DNA of 63,996 nucleotides, the filler included, from Diploschistes diacapsis (lineage: Eukaryota): NCBI GenBank assembly GCA_023645945.1. It is 10 parts of 10 records of this genome, joined end to end, with 100 filler letters (N's around TTAATTAATTAA, not from the genome) between each part and the next. Parts side by side here need not be neighbours in the genome. Positions count along the whole stretch, not along the records: positions 1 to 6,405 come from JALAIB010001401.1; positions 6,506 to 12,908 come from JALAIB010001402.1; 8 more parts are not named here. One strand, given 5' to 3'. Shown here piece by piece: positions 1 through 11,619 of the stretch. The stretch's first letter is position 1. Every line of letters starts with the position of its first letter. Both the position numbers and the translations under genes were made by a program. The notes beneath the pieces are model-generated. The model saw nothing but the letters and a program-made list of their open reading frames with translations. It ran no database searches and was not told the origin of the DNA.

Positions 1-126
1 ATTCAATTTAGATCGATTAGATTCTAATTACGACGAATAGGTTATATTTAAAAACCGTAAAATGTTGGCGGTAATAATTTGAAGTAGCCGAGCTTTGGGG
101 GTGGCCGAGCTGACCGTGAAACATGT
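1..126 (-). mobile_element. End of a RIP-degraded pogo/Fot1-type (Tc1/mariner) DNA transposon, with TIR
   Basis: Minus strand reads TA|ACATGTTTCACGGTCAGCTCGGCCACCCCCAAAGCTCGGCTAC: TA target at 127-128 and a duplicated AGCTCGGC(C/T)AC motif, the layout of Fot1/Tan1/Vader TIRs. The interior is AT-rich. Confidence 0.55.
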
Positions 127-128
127 TA

Positions 129-389
129 TTCCAAAAAAATATTTTTTACTCCGTTATCGCAGATTTTAATGAATTGGAAAATCCGCTTTTTCGAGTCGTT
201 ATTATTAATTCGCTTAAAAAAGTTAACGGCTGACAGAATCAATTTACCCTTTTTAAATAAAAAAAAATGATCGAAAAATAGTATTTCGAAAAAAAAACGA
301 AAATAACGGCTAATTTCGAAGAATTATTAAAGATTTAATATTTTTCTTGGCAAATGTGGCCCACTTCTGAGGGTGGCCCTCAAACACGT
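129..389 (-). mobile_element. End of a second RIP-degraded pogo/Fot1-type element, with TIR
   Basis: Minus strand reads TA|ACGTGTTTGAGGGCCACCCTCAGAAGTGGGCCACA (TA at 390-391, ACGT start, duplicated GGGCCAC), followed by an AT-rich interior. Confidence 0.5.
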
Positions 390-739
390 TAATTTATTCG
401 GTTTTTTTAATCTTTAATTACGCAGCAGTGATTCGGGGATACAATTTTAAAACAAAACGCCGGGGTTTAGCAATGCAACCCCTAATAATCTACTTAGTTT
501 TTTTAAGCCTAGATTTTTGCTTAGTACTTACTGCTTCGCTTAAGAACGTGGAGCCTACTTGCCGACACATGATATTAATAGATGTAACAGGGGAGGTGGG
601 TATTTTGAGTATAGAAAGCGGTTATGGCTGTTCGGTTACTTATGGCAAACTCTCTACAACAATCTAGAACACATTATGCAAGGGAATCACACGCGTATCG
701 AGTAGGTGACTAGAAGAATACATCATCTTAACGACCTCC

Positions 740-2553
740 ATGTGCGGATTATCGTTTCTCTGCTCCTACCATAAAGCTCCCCAATTTGAGCAGGATCTAT
801 TGGAACTAATTCGTCGGAGAGGCCCAGATAGCTTCCATATCATACAACGAACTATTGGTGAATCGTTGGAACCTTCACGGCAGGATCTTTCCAAGGGTCC
901 CATACATATTACATTGGCGGCTTCTGTGTTGGCTCTCAGAGGTAAAAATCTCATTGCTCAGCCATTAATTGATGAAAAATCGGGCTCTGTGCTGTTGTGG
1001 AATGGTGAAGCGTGGAGATTACTCGACTGTCCAATTCTCGAGAACGATGCAGACACTGTTTTTCAAGCTCTGCTCGCTTCTTGTTCCAGAAACATCAAGA
1101 GCCCTTCGGATGATGCCCAAACAGAGGCTTTAGTAGCCGAAACTATTAGAGATGTATTTCAGACCATAGACGGCCCTTACTCCTTTGTTTTCTACGAGGG
1201 AATTTCACATCAGGTGTTCTACGGGCGTGATTTGCTTGGCCGACGTTCATTACTCATGTCGGATGGTGAAAGCGGCACTATTCATGTTTCAAGTGTTTCC
1301 GCAGGATCAGCAACAGGCGCCTGGAAAGAAGTTCGTACAGGAGGTATTTTTCAGCTCAGTCTACCATCATTAGCCCTGCAAGGAGGCTTTGAGCTTACGG
1401 AGCCAAACAAAGAACAAACGCTCAAATCTCATTTCGTTCCATGGTCAGCAGATAGAGTAAGGCGTAGGATATTCCAGTTGTCGACCTCTTCAGAAAGCTA
1501 AGAATAATCCAGTGTGCATTCCTGCATCTCAACCGTGACCTTGGCCTTCCTGGATCGTTCGGTCAGGTACCGTCTCCGAACACTGTGGTCGAGCTTGAGC
1601 ATGTACTCATGCAAGCGCTTAAAGCCCGACTTACAGCTGTGTCACCTCACCTTAAAGAAGGACCCAAATATGCTGTCCTCTTTTCTGGAGGTGTTGATTG
1701 CACCCTTCTGGCGCTACTCGCTGACGCTATCCTTCCACCAAGCCACTCTATTGACCTTCTTAATGTTGCTTTTGAGAACCCGCGGGTCATTGCAGCAGCT
1801 GCCATGCAAGCCAAACTAGATCATGCCGCTGACACCACAGACTTCGGATACGCGTCATGCCCTGATCGAGTAACTGGACTCTCGTCCTACAGCCAACTAA
1901 AAGCACTACGGCCCAATCGGCATTGGCGCTTCGTTTCAATTAGTGTACCTTACGTGGAAGTTGAGAGACACAGAGATGCGGTTATTAACCTAATGTACCC
2001 GCATAAGACCGAAATGGATCTCTCAATTGCCCTTGCGCTGTATTTTGCGGCTAGAGGCTCTGGCGAAGTAGCCTCAGCTGATTCGAACAATTCATACACC
2101 TCTCCGGCTCGCGTATTGCTCTCTGGGTTGGGGGCAGACGAACTATTCGGAGGATACTCTCGGCATGAGAAAGCTTACAAGCGCAACAAATATGAAGGTT
2201 TATTAGATGAACTAGATCTGGATTTTGGACGACTAGCGTCAAGAAACCTGGGCCGCGACGATAGAGTAGTCGCACACTGGGGCCGAGAAATAAGGTATCC
2301 ATATCTCGATGAAGTTTTTGTCCAGTGGGCACTACGACTACCAATCTGGGAGAAGTGTGGATTTGGTCTCCACGGCAGTACCTGTTCCGAGCCCCAGACA
2401 AAGATTCTGGAGCCAGCAAAGATTCTCTTGAGACTCTTGGCATGGAAACTAGGTCTCAAGCGGACGGCCTGTGAGAAAAAGAGGGCCATTCAATTTGGAA
2501 CGAGAACAGCGAGAATGAATCAAGCCAAGAAAAAAGGGACCGAGACAATCTAA
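740..2553 (+). CDS. Asparagine synthetase domain-containing protein (ASNSD1/YML096W-like); join(740..1456,1513..2553)
   Basis: N-terminal MCG and RRRGPD, LLWNGE, FYGRDLLGRRSLL (class II amidotransferase fold); C-terminal LFSGGVDC, SGLGADELFGGY, RNLGRDDR. A 56-nt GTAAGG...GCTAAG...CCAG intron joins the two ORFs in frame. Confidence 0.92.
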
Positions 2554-2947
2554 GCTTGTACATTGGTTCCCTATTTTGCGGCAGCATAAAATTTATGATG
2601 ACGGTAAAGCAGATATCTGCTCACCTATCAGATACTGCTGAGCCGAGTTTTCTGTGAAGTCGAGCACCATATACGGGCAATGTCTGTAGAGCGTTCAGTC
2701 CGTCTTTAATGATAGACTCCAACCCTGCGGACAATCTCTGGATGCTTTACTCGGAGATTCTATGGCAGTGAAGTGGTAAAGGCAAGTCTGAGCAAAAACT
2801 AGTGCTGCCGTGAACTGGAAATGCCCCCTTTTCGATTGCAGGCTTACCATTATACTGCCACTAATCTAGAGTAGATGTCTGATAACATAGTAAGCTCATG
2901 CTCGAACATCTTTTGTTCAGACGATCGGTAGCCAAGTGTGCGTCATA

Positions 2948-5500
2948 TTAAAGAGCCTCTGTTGTATTAAGGTGACGACCAGGCGAGCTTTTACTCACGT
3001 CGCGGTGTAGGCCATTCGCCTCTAGGTTGCTCATGAGTTCAGACTGGCCCTTTGTGTCAAGTCCGTCCAAGGAAGGGTAGGAGACAAAGTCGGGGTGAAA
3101 AAGCCACGTATACGGTTCTGCAAAAGCGCTACTGGAGTTTTCGTGTTCAAAGAGGCTGGTATTCGGGATGTTGGCAGTTCCATAAGCTAACGGCGTAGGT
3201 AACGGATTGGCGATGGAGTTCGGGTCAAAGGTTTGGCCATTAAAAACCGCATGCGAACTTCTTAAAGGGTTGTGCGACGTAGCCCTCTGTGCCCTTGCAG
3301 CATAAGTAGCCATATGACCGCCTTCCCTTAGACTCCCATCAACCGGGTTCGTCTCAAAGCTAGACGCCACATCATGCAAGCCCGGCTCTGTAGTGGCCAG
3401 CAATGGTCTCGCAGAATCACTAGAGGTAGTACCTAGGCTACTACTCACACTGGAAGGTGTAGAGAATGCGGAATATGACTCCATGTCATGAACTGACCTG
3501 TCCTCCGAATTAACCTTAGGCGAACGGATGCCATATGATGCATCTGGGTTGCCTTCGTAGGCCTTTTGACAAGCCTCTACTAGCGTAATATACAATTCGA
3601 GAGCAGATTCCACGCCAGGCCACTTCATGGAGGATAGAAATATCGCTTCTAGTGCGATTTCTAGATAATTATCAACCTCCGGCTTTGGATTGTCTCTACG
3701 AATTGCAGGATAGGAAAGAGTCCAAAGCATAGTATTTATCGCCATGAACAGGGACTGGGAAAAGATCCATGTCAAGTCCACAGATTTCGTGCTGATTTGC
3801 TGCCTTTGAACATAAATATTGAACTTACAAGCTTCGAAGCACTGGCGAGCGGCTCTTACCGATGGTTCAGGAACTTGTGGCGAGGGTCTAAAAAGGAACA
3901 CGATCATTGTATTGTATCTTGTCTTGAACCTATCATGGCATTAGAACTGTAATGCAAGCCGGAGGACGAAGCTCACCAGGACCTGCTAATTCCACTCCCC
4001 TCATCTCTACTGGGACAGTTCGCCATCCAGTAAGAGAGCTTTGCTTCCATTCCCGAAAACCAGGTGTGTAAATCGTCAGCCGGCAAGGCACGCTTCTTTA
4101 CGTACAGCATACGTCGAATCTCGAGCTGCAGAAGTCGCATTCGCATGAAGTGCATTGCAATCGACTTCTTGATCGATACGGGGCTTCCGGGAACGATGCC
4201 AGTGGGTTTTATATATTCATCGTCTACCATCAAGAATTCTTTAATATCAATATGATCGTGTGAGACGGCAATTGCACTTGGTCGTCCTAAAGAATGTGCC
4301 AGACCTAGCTCCATAGATGAGCAAACCCAAAACAGTCGACGACGGAGGTCAGCCTCGAGCACGTTAAGTGGTTCGTCGACCTCGTTGCGGTCTATCGTTG
4401 CTTCATCAGTCATACGAAGTTCCTGGCACAGCCTTGTTGCTAGACCGATGACCCAGTAAGCTGCTGTCCTGGTGGGCGTGGTCATTGAGTATATGCCGAT
4501 CAGCATGAAGCACTGCAGGGTGCCAAAATTCCTTGCGGATACGACGCTCTCCAAGTAGGGCAGCGCAGCGAGGTAGTAGCTGTCGGCCAGGCCGGCATAC
4601 ATGGTATCGAGTTTCTGCATGCTTATAGCAATAACCATGCGGAGAGAGAAATTCATGTATGGATCCGAAGATCCTTTGTAGACTTCCCGAATCACGCTCT
4701 GAAAGGACGGTTCATGGAGAACTGGATACAGGTACTGCGCTTCGACTTGTTCAGCCACGCAATTGACATAAAGATGAACCTACGAACCTTTGAGATAGAA
4801 ATTGTCGACAAGCCTTTCCGCAAGATCAAAGGAGGGCAATGCCGGAGCAGCTACGAAACTAATTTCAGGGTAAACTTTGGACGTTGGCTTTGAAGCCTCT
4901 TGTGCGAGTCTTTGTTTGATCTCGTGTGCCTTCTTCTCTGGAACTAGCTCGCTTATGCTTTGGGCTTTGCAGATGTTTTTCGCAATCTCCATGACAAGTC
5001 TCGTCATAGAAATTCCGCTTGACGGCCCAAGAAATCTGGAGTCCTCATCGTTCTCCCTGATTTTGACGTAACCCGCATCCCGGACAAACTGCTCAATGCT
5101 TATACGCTCCTTTGGCTTTTCAGTTGAAACAGAGAGTTTCTGCTCTAGTTCCAAAACTCTATCTTGGAGGTGTAAAACATAGGATCTTGGCATGTTCGTC
5201 CTTCTGGTAACATCATAATAGTCGCAAGCTGCATTTTGCTTCCTGCATGGGGTACAACGAGGCATGCCAGGATCACACCTTGTTTTCCTCTTTCAGTACT
5301 GTTGTCAGTTCATGAACTCTGCATGTAGGTAGTAGATTGGTGTGAAGGGTTGAGCAGAAGCATACATGTCGACAACGACAACACGCTGTCAGGGTTTGCG
5401 CAACTTGAGGATATTGACGTCCATCTTGTACGGAAGCGTTGCGAGTTCGTTTGGCTGCTATGGAGCGCGACAAGGAGAGGGCTGGTTGCTCAATGTCCAT
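2948..5500 (-). CDS. Zn(II)2Cys6 transcription factor with fungal-specific TF domain (UaY/Ppr1-like); four exons
   Basis: Spliced CCRCRH|RKTRCDPGMPRCTPCRKQNAAC gives the C-x2-C-x6-C-x6-C-x2-C-x6-C cluster. RRRLFW and LAHSLGRP middle homology region. Introns at about 5365-5290, 4787-4746 and 3976-3930 keep the frame. Confidence 0.9.
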
Positions 5501-5619
5501 TGAAAAGTATACGCCCTATGAAGTGCAACTTTAAATCGAGGGGCAGCGCGGTTTCAGAGTTGCTTGTAATATCATGTGTCGCCAGATACATGACGTCGCC
5601 GTCCAAGTTCGTAAGCTAA

Positions 5620-6219
5620 ATAAAAACTAATAGGATCTTCGGTCGTATTTAACGGAAAATTAAAAAATTAAATTAAATTAAATTCAAATCGAGTCGATTC
5701 AAGGCTAATAAAAATTAAAAAATTAAAAACCGATACGTCGAAACGAGGTTATTAAAGATAAGTATAAAATTAATAAATTATAATATAATAATTATAAACT
5801 CTATTTAAACATTTCGATTCGTAAATAATCGACTGTTAAATTATTAAAAAGAATTCGATTTATTTCAAGCGTATCATAGTTACTTTATTTATTGAATAAT
5901 ATTTTTCATCTTTTACGTTAACGCGGCTTTTAACGGCGAAAACATTGCGACATCGAAGAATTAAAAAACATATATAATATATAATATAATTAGATCGATT
6001 CGATTATGTTGAGCAGGTAGGCGGAAGGCATGGCTGTGAGCTCGACTGAACTCTAGTTCAGGTTCAGTTCAGCTGAACCCGCGAGGTTTAGTTTAGCTGA
6101 ACCCGCGAGGTTTAGTTTAGCTGAATCTGTTGGAGTTCTGATTAAACCGATTCGGGAGTGATATAAGTAATAAAGCCTAGCGGATTTTGTAGGGATAAAA
6201 GTCTATAAAATAAAATAAC
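5620..6219. mobile_element. RIP-degraded dispersed repeat with an internal tandem unit (GTTTAGTTTAGCTGAACCCGCGAG)
   Basis: Very AT-rich. About 6005-6220 is homologous in reverse complement to about 51290-51520, differing mostly by C>T and G>A changes. Confidence 0.7.
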
Positions 6220-6405
6220 TAGGCTGGCCGTTGCGTGCCACGGTTACTAACACGGACACTACCGCGAAAATTTTCTCGGCACGGACATTTCTACGGACAT
6301 TATATTATAGTAAAAGCACGGACACGGACATTACGGCTAAAAATTTTAAAATACGAATACTTTCACGGACATTATATTATAATAAAAACACGGACACGGA
6401 TATTA
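6220..6405 (+). mobile_element. Terminus of a probable hAT-like DNA transposon with subterminal ACGGACA repeats
   Basis: Starts TAGGCTGGCCG where homology to the 51.3 kb repeat copy stops, then carries about eight copies of ACGGA(C/T)A before the contig end. Confidence 0.45.
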
Positions 6406-6505
6406 NNNNNNNNNNNNNNNNNNNNNNNNNNNNNNNNNNNNNNNNNNNNTTAATTAATTAANNNNNNNNNNNNNNNNNNNNNNNNNNNNNNNNNNNNNNN
6501 NNNNN
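6406..6505. other. Artificial contig spacer N44-TTAATTAATTAA-N44
   Basis: 100-nt spacer with stops in all six frames; identical at nine positions. Confidence 0.99.
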
Positions 6506-8060
6506 TTCTTTATATTTAAATTTTCTTAAATTTACCGTCGGTTAATTTAGGTTTTATTAAAAGTATTATTGCCGCGTAAATAATATAATAAATTAATTAA
6601 AAAAACCGCGACGGTATAATATACGGTTACGGAAATAAGTTTTATAGAATAATTAATTATTAAAAATAAAAGAAAAATAAAATTTATTAATTTTAAATTC
6701 TTTTATATGCGCGAGAAAGCGTTAATAGCGAAACACGTTTTTAAAAACGTGTTTCACGTAAATCCGATTTTAGACCATCTTTTTATTATAACGACGTTTA
6801 GTCGTAGAAAGTTATTCGTTCGTTTTCGTTTTTAAAACGTTTATTATTCTTTAACCGCCGGTATAGGCGGTATTTCCGAAGACGTAAAAACGGTTCTTTA
6901 TATTTAAATTTTCTTAAATTTACCGTCGGTTAATTTAGGTTTTATTAAAAGAATTATACGAATTTTACGAAACTCGCTTTTAATCCTAAAAACCATTTAA
7001 ATAAACTAATCTTCTTTAAGTTTAGATTAGGGTCTAGTTAAGCTCGCCACGAGGTCATCTAGCGTTACGATACCTTAATATTTAAAATAATAAAACTTTT
7101 TATATCTAAAATATTAGCGTTTTTGGTCCCGTAACGGGCGATAAATCGATTTAAACGTCCCGTTTATTTAACCCTAGATCTTTCTTTCGTTCCTAACTTT
7201 TTTTAAATTATCTATATACGCAGCGAGCCGATCTCGCGTGTAAAAACGGGGGTTTTATTTTAGAAAAAGGCCGAAAACGTCGTAAAAAACTTTTATTATA
7301 TTCGAAAATATAGTAGAAAGTTAGGTCCGATTTCGCCCAAACACGGCAAAAAGACGATAGAAAAGCGTAGAAAAGACGAGGCGGAAATAAAGAAAATAAA
7401 ACCTCTTCTCGGGAGAAACGATATGGCGGAAACGGAAAAAGATCGAAAAAAATTCCCGTAATAAAAAAATAAGGCGGCGAATCTCTGTTTTTATAAATCT
7501 ATATATAAGTTAATATATAAATTATTAGAAAAAGGAGAAAAGAGAAAAAGCAAATCTGAAATAGATTTTGAAATTAAGCGTAAGTTATATGCGTTTATCA
7601 TTAAAATCGAAATTAAGGAAGGGATAAAAAAAAAAGACAGAAAAAGCGGCGTAAAACCTCGCGCTGGTTCTATAAATATAATAAATATATAAAAACAACG
7701 AGGGCCTTACGGCGCCTCGAAATAGGCATTTATAAAAATAAAATGGCCGTATTTCAGGCCTTAATAATTACGTAAAAAAAAAGAAATTTATTAGAAGGAT
7801 AATAACATTTAATATCTTATTTAATTAAGATTAGCTCTTATTAAGCTACTAATAACTACCCTAAGCCTATCTAGGAAGCCCGTAGCGCCACAACGCAACC
7901 GCAGCGACAGGGGTGCTAAACCTCTCTAATGGTTTCTTATATTCATTACCTCTAACAATAATAATACTTTATGATTCATTACCACTAACAATAATAATAC
8001 TTTATTATTGTATTACTGCAAGCAAACTATCATTTATTTCATCAGCAATATTACCTAATT
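6506..8060. mobile_element. Heavily RIP-degraded transposon-derived block, family not assignable
   Basis: Extremely AT-rich with no ORF of 60 aa or more; surviving C/G mostly in CpG. About 57-nt direct repeat (6506-6562, 6895-6951) and about 33-nt tandem duplication near 7940-8005. Confidence 0.75.
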
Positions 8061-8254
8061 AATTAGGGATCACTCCTTCCACCCTTTTTAACAGGGCCCA
8101 TTCCACCACACCAACATCCTGCGCCGCACGCTAAAATAAATGACTGCAAATATTTCTGTCAGAATAACTGCACCCCAAACAACTCCGGTTCCCCGTGAAT
8201 GACTCGTTTAAGCAAATGCAATTCACGAGCCACGTTACGTGCAGAATTTGTACA

Positions 8255-9130
8255 TTATGCAGGTAGCAAGCCTACCTTGACACCATTCTTACTTTCAGTC
8301 ATGGCCTTCCATTGCTCTACGAATTCAATGATTGGGTCCCGGTTTTCAATTGCCTTAACCTAGTGACTAGCTGCACTGTAGCGTAAGCCATCTCTGTCAG
8401 TGCCAGCTGCCGACCAGGGCAAGAACGACGACCGCCACGGAACGGCAGAAAGCTCCAAGGAGGGAGCTGTAGAGTCTCCCAGCGCTCTGGGCGGAACACC
8501 TCGGCATCATCACCGAAGATGTCTTTCCGGCGTTGCATTGCGTAGAAGCTGAACATGACGAGGTTTCCCTTCTCAACATAGATTGGATCTTGTCCATAAC
8601 CAGTCTGACCACCGCCGACTGGCAATACAGTATCTTGCAAGGCGGCGCGAACGACACTACCGATCGCTGGACGGAGGCGTAGAGATTCCCTGATGGTATT
8701 TTGAAGATAGCTTGCAGCCTTGAGATGATCAGGGTTCCACTCTTGATGTATCGGTGCTTTCTCCAAAACCTCTCTCCTCAACTTCCTGTACACGTCGGAT
8801 TTCTTGCTAAGTTGAAGAATAGGTTCGACAAGGCAACGCCTGTTGCTTCATGAGCAGGAGGGAAAACGTTCATTAGCTGATTCAAGATGTCTTCCAAGTC
8901 GTTGGTCTCTTCCAGCAAGCCTTGCATAAGTGTAAGGCGGCGCTCTGGGGCGTCAAGATGGTTGCTTTTGGGGGTCATCTGCCGTTTCGCTTGTTGAACG
9001 TACCCCGCCTCGAAGTCGCGTGCATTCCTACAGGCGGTATCAAACTTCTTAACGTGCAATAGGAAGGCCCATTTCGGAAAGGCCATTCGTTTTCCAACGC
9101 CAGCTTGGCCATAATTGTAAGAGCCAAGAA
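8255..9130 (-). pseudogene. Cytochrome P450 pseudogene (CYP52-clan-like), C-terminal half only
   Basis: I-helix NVFPPAHEATGVAL, ExxR (RESLRL), FRPERW and a degenerate heme motif PFRGGRRSCPG. Frameshifts near 8790 and 8355. No N-terminal half before the OMT. Confidence 0.85.
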
Positions 9131-9164
9131 GCTCTGAGCATCAACATTCTCCCATGCAAAAATC

Positions 9165-10647
9165 TAGTCACCCAACTTAGGATGATCAGGCTGAGTCTTG
9201 CTCCCGGCATATGAACAATCTGCTCTAGATAGAATCTTGGATCGGCAGTCATGAACGGCGACCGCCAATCCTGCAGATCGCGCTCTTTCCTGTTGTGGAA
9301 ACCAAGCATAGAAAGATCGAAGCCCTTGCTAGATAGTCACAACATGTCATTTCGAGGGATGTGTAGGGAGGTTACGTCAAAGTTCGCTCTTTCAGTATTG
9401 ACATTTTTCCTGTTCTGGTAAAAAAAACTCGTTGATGATGATCTTCACTCCTGTTCTCAAACCTTGGCGCAAGGCTCGGAGAATCTGGACTGCATAAGTA
9501 TCGGACCAATCGTGGAGTATCCAGTGGAGGAAATAGACATCGGCTTTGGCAACTGGCTGCTCTTGAAAGAAGTCATGTTCCATGGACCTCACTTGGTGGG
9601 ATACATCTGACGGTAGACTTGCCTCCACTTGACGAATGACTTCAGCCTGGTCCTGCACAATGCAGGTCAAGTGTGGGAACTGCCTGGTTAGCCGATACTG
9701 ACGGAACTATCTGAGCCACCAACATCTACCAATGTGGTATGGTTTTGCCAGGCATAAGCTTGCACAAGATGATATGGCTCCAGTCTAGGACTAGTGTTGA
9801 ACCAGGTCATTGCCAAAGCATACTGCTCAGCGCGTCGAGGATCCTTGGCCAAGTCTTCAAAGACAGGGTTGTCGGATTTGTGGGCAATATTGAATCCCTA
9901 AGCAGCTGTAATCAGTGCTAACCAGGTCTTAGAGCTGCATGTTGGCCCCTGAAAGTACGCATTGGTTGGGCTTCTTAGAGTTTGGCCACCTGATCAAAGC
10001 TTCCACTGTCTTTGTAGCACAGTGTTAGGGTACTGGTATCACCAAAAGTTGCCGACCTTCCTTGGTTGCAGCAGGCCACATCTCTTCAGCAATCATTTCC
10101 AGCCATTTTCGCAGCCGTCTGTCAGTGAAGAGGAGCTTCGAGGCTGCCGTGTGGGCCACTAACCCAGCTTCTCGAAAGATCCGATAGGTCATCGCATGCC
10201 GTAGAATTCTTTTGGCTTCCGATCCAGGCAGGTAAGATTTCGCACTAATTTCTAAGAATGTAGCTTCTCCATTTGTGGATGAAAGAGCTGAACCGAGGCC
10301 CAAACGGCAGATGGCCTGTAAGGTCAAGAGAAAGTTGTGCTAATCACCTCAACATCGTGAGTAGTTGTAAATGCAGGGACTGACATACATTCAAGTTGGT
10401 GAGCAATCCAACATCTCCTAGCACCAGAGCATGTAGCTCGTCTGTGGCATCCAGGAGAGCTTGACGCAATTCCTCTGTCATACAACGCACTTGGGCATCC
10501 TGCTGTATCGAAAGAAAGAGCTGGAGCATTCTGTGCATCCAGATACTTTTGGAGCTCAGAACTGCTGTTTGATATGAAGCCTCATGCAACCTTGTGGTGA
10601 ACTGTCGCGGATGTAGTCTGAAAGACACTGTCATGTGACGCCACCAT
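9165..10647 (-). pseudogene. Fungal secondary-metabolite O-methyltransferase pseudogene (Methyltransf_2 type)
   Basis: Ordered fragments ELQKYLDAQNAPALSFD, ALLDATDELHALVLG, RILRHAMTYRIFRE, LVDVGGS (SAM motif), CIVQD, HDFFQEQPVAKADVYFLHWILHDWSD, KERDLQDW. In-frame TGA near the start and several frameshifts. Confidence 0.88.
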
Positions 10648-10809
10648 CTCTGAAGGACTCGCCAATTACTGTGAGTGGTGTCGTTGTTTTCTTGAGATTG
10701 TTCGACAGCTCGCTCCTTGAATTCCGAGGTTTTGCAATATCATCTTTTCTATTTGCCTCTTGCTCGTTGAACATCATATCTCTACAATCTAGCTCAGACG
10801 GTTCCTAAC

Positions 10810-11529
10810 ATGCCATCTCTTTCACGGCGCTTCTTCAGTCATGGATATAGACTGGTAGAGCAAATGCCGCAAAGTAACGTGCAACACAGCCAGAGCCACT
10901 GGTTTCGGTTTACTTTGCTAACGCTTGCTTCTGCTCTTCTACTTTTTCTTGCCTTTTCCCTTGGTCGTCACATGTCTTCGGAAGAAATCAAAGAAATCTT
11001 TCAGCCTAATGTGTATTGTAAGTAGATCCATAACCAGAGCTCTGTTCAGGCTCCTAAATGGGCGGTGCCAGATTTCAGTACCCCTTTATCGTCTAACTTT
11101 TGCCTACAATCCCCATTTATGGCGAACATGTCTCCCACACTACCACTCTAGCCTGGGAGTCACTCTTCCTTCCCAAGGTGGCTTCTTTCGACATCCTCGC
11201 TTGTTACCTGAGCGTGCGGCATTTGCTGTTTCCACCAGCTTCACTGTCTAGATGCTATTAGACGAGGTTACTGGGCTTTGTACCAGAGGCTGAAGTCGAG
11301 AGATAGCGGCTTCCTTGAATTCGATCCAGACCAGGACTTGGCATTTATGCTGTCGCCGCCGCACGTTAGGCATTGCATAGACTTGATTCGCAATGCCTTA
11401 TTTTGCAGACCAGACACGACGATAGAGTTGAAAGACGAGAAGCTTGGTGGGGTGACAGGTTTTGGTACAGAGCACATGTGCGTCGACTGGGAGAATCTGG
11501 TAGACTGGGTCTCTGTCTGGGAGAACTGA
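10810..11529 (+). pseudogene. DUF3328/UstYa-family oxidase, frameshifted
   Basis: N-terminal TM helix, intron 11018-11078, both HxxHC motifs (HQLHCL from 11233, HVRHCI from 11362), CRPDTTIE, GFGTEHMCVDW. Single-base indels at about 11111-11114, 11168 and 11229-11231. Confidence 0.85.
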
Positions 11530-11619
11530 GGAAACGAGCATCAAACCCAAATATCAATGGCACAGAACTACTAGGCATTACATTGCAGCTTTATCATTTC
11601 CCTGCTTACTTCAGGAATG

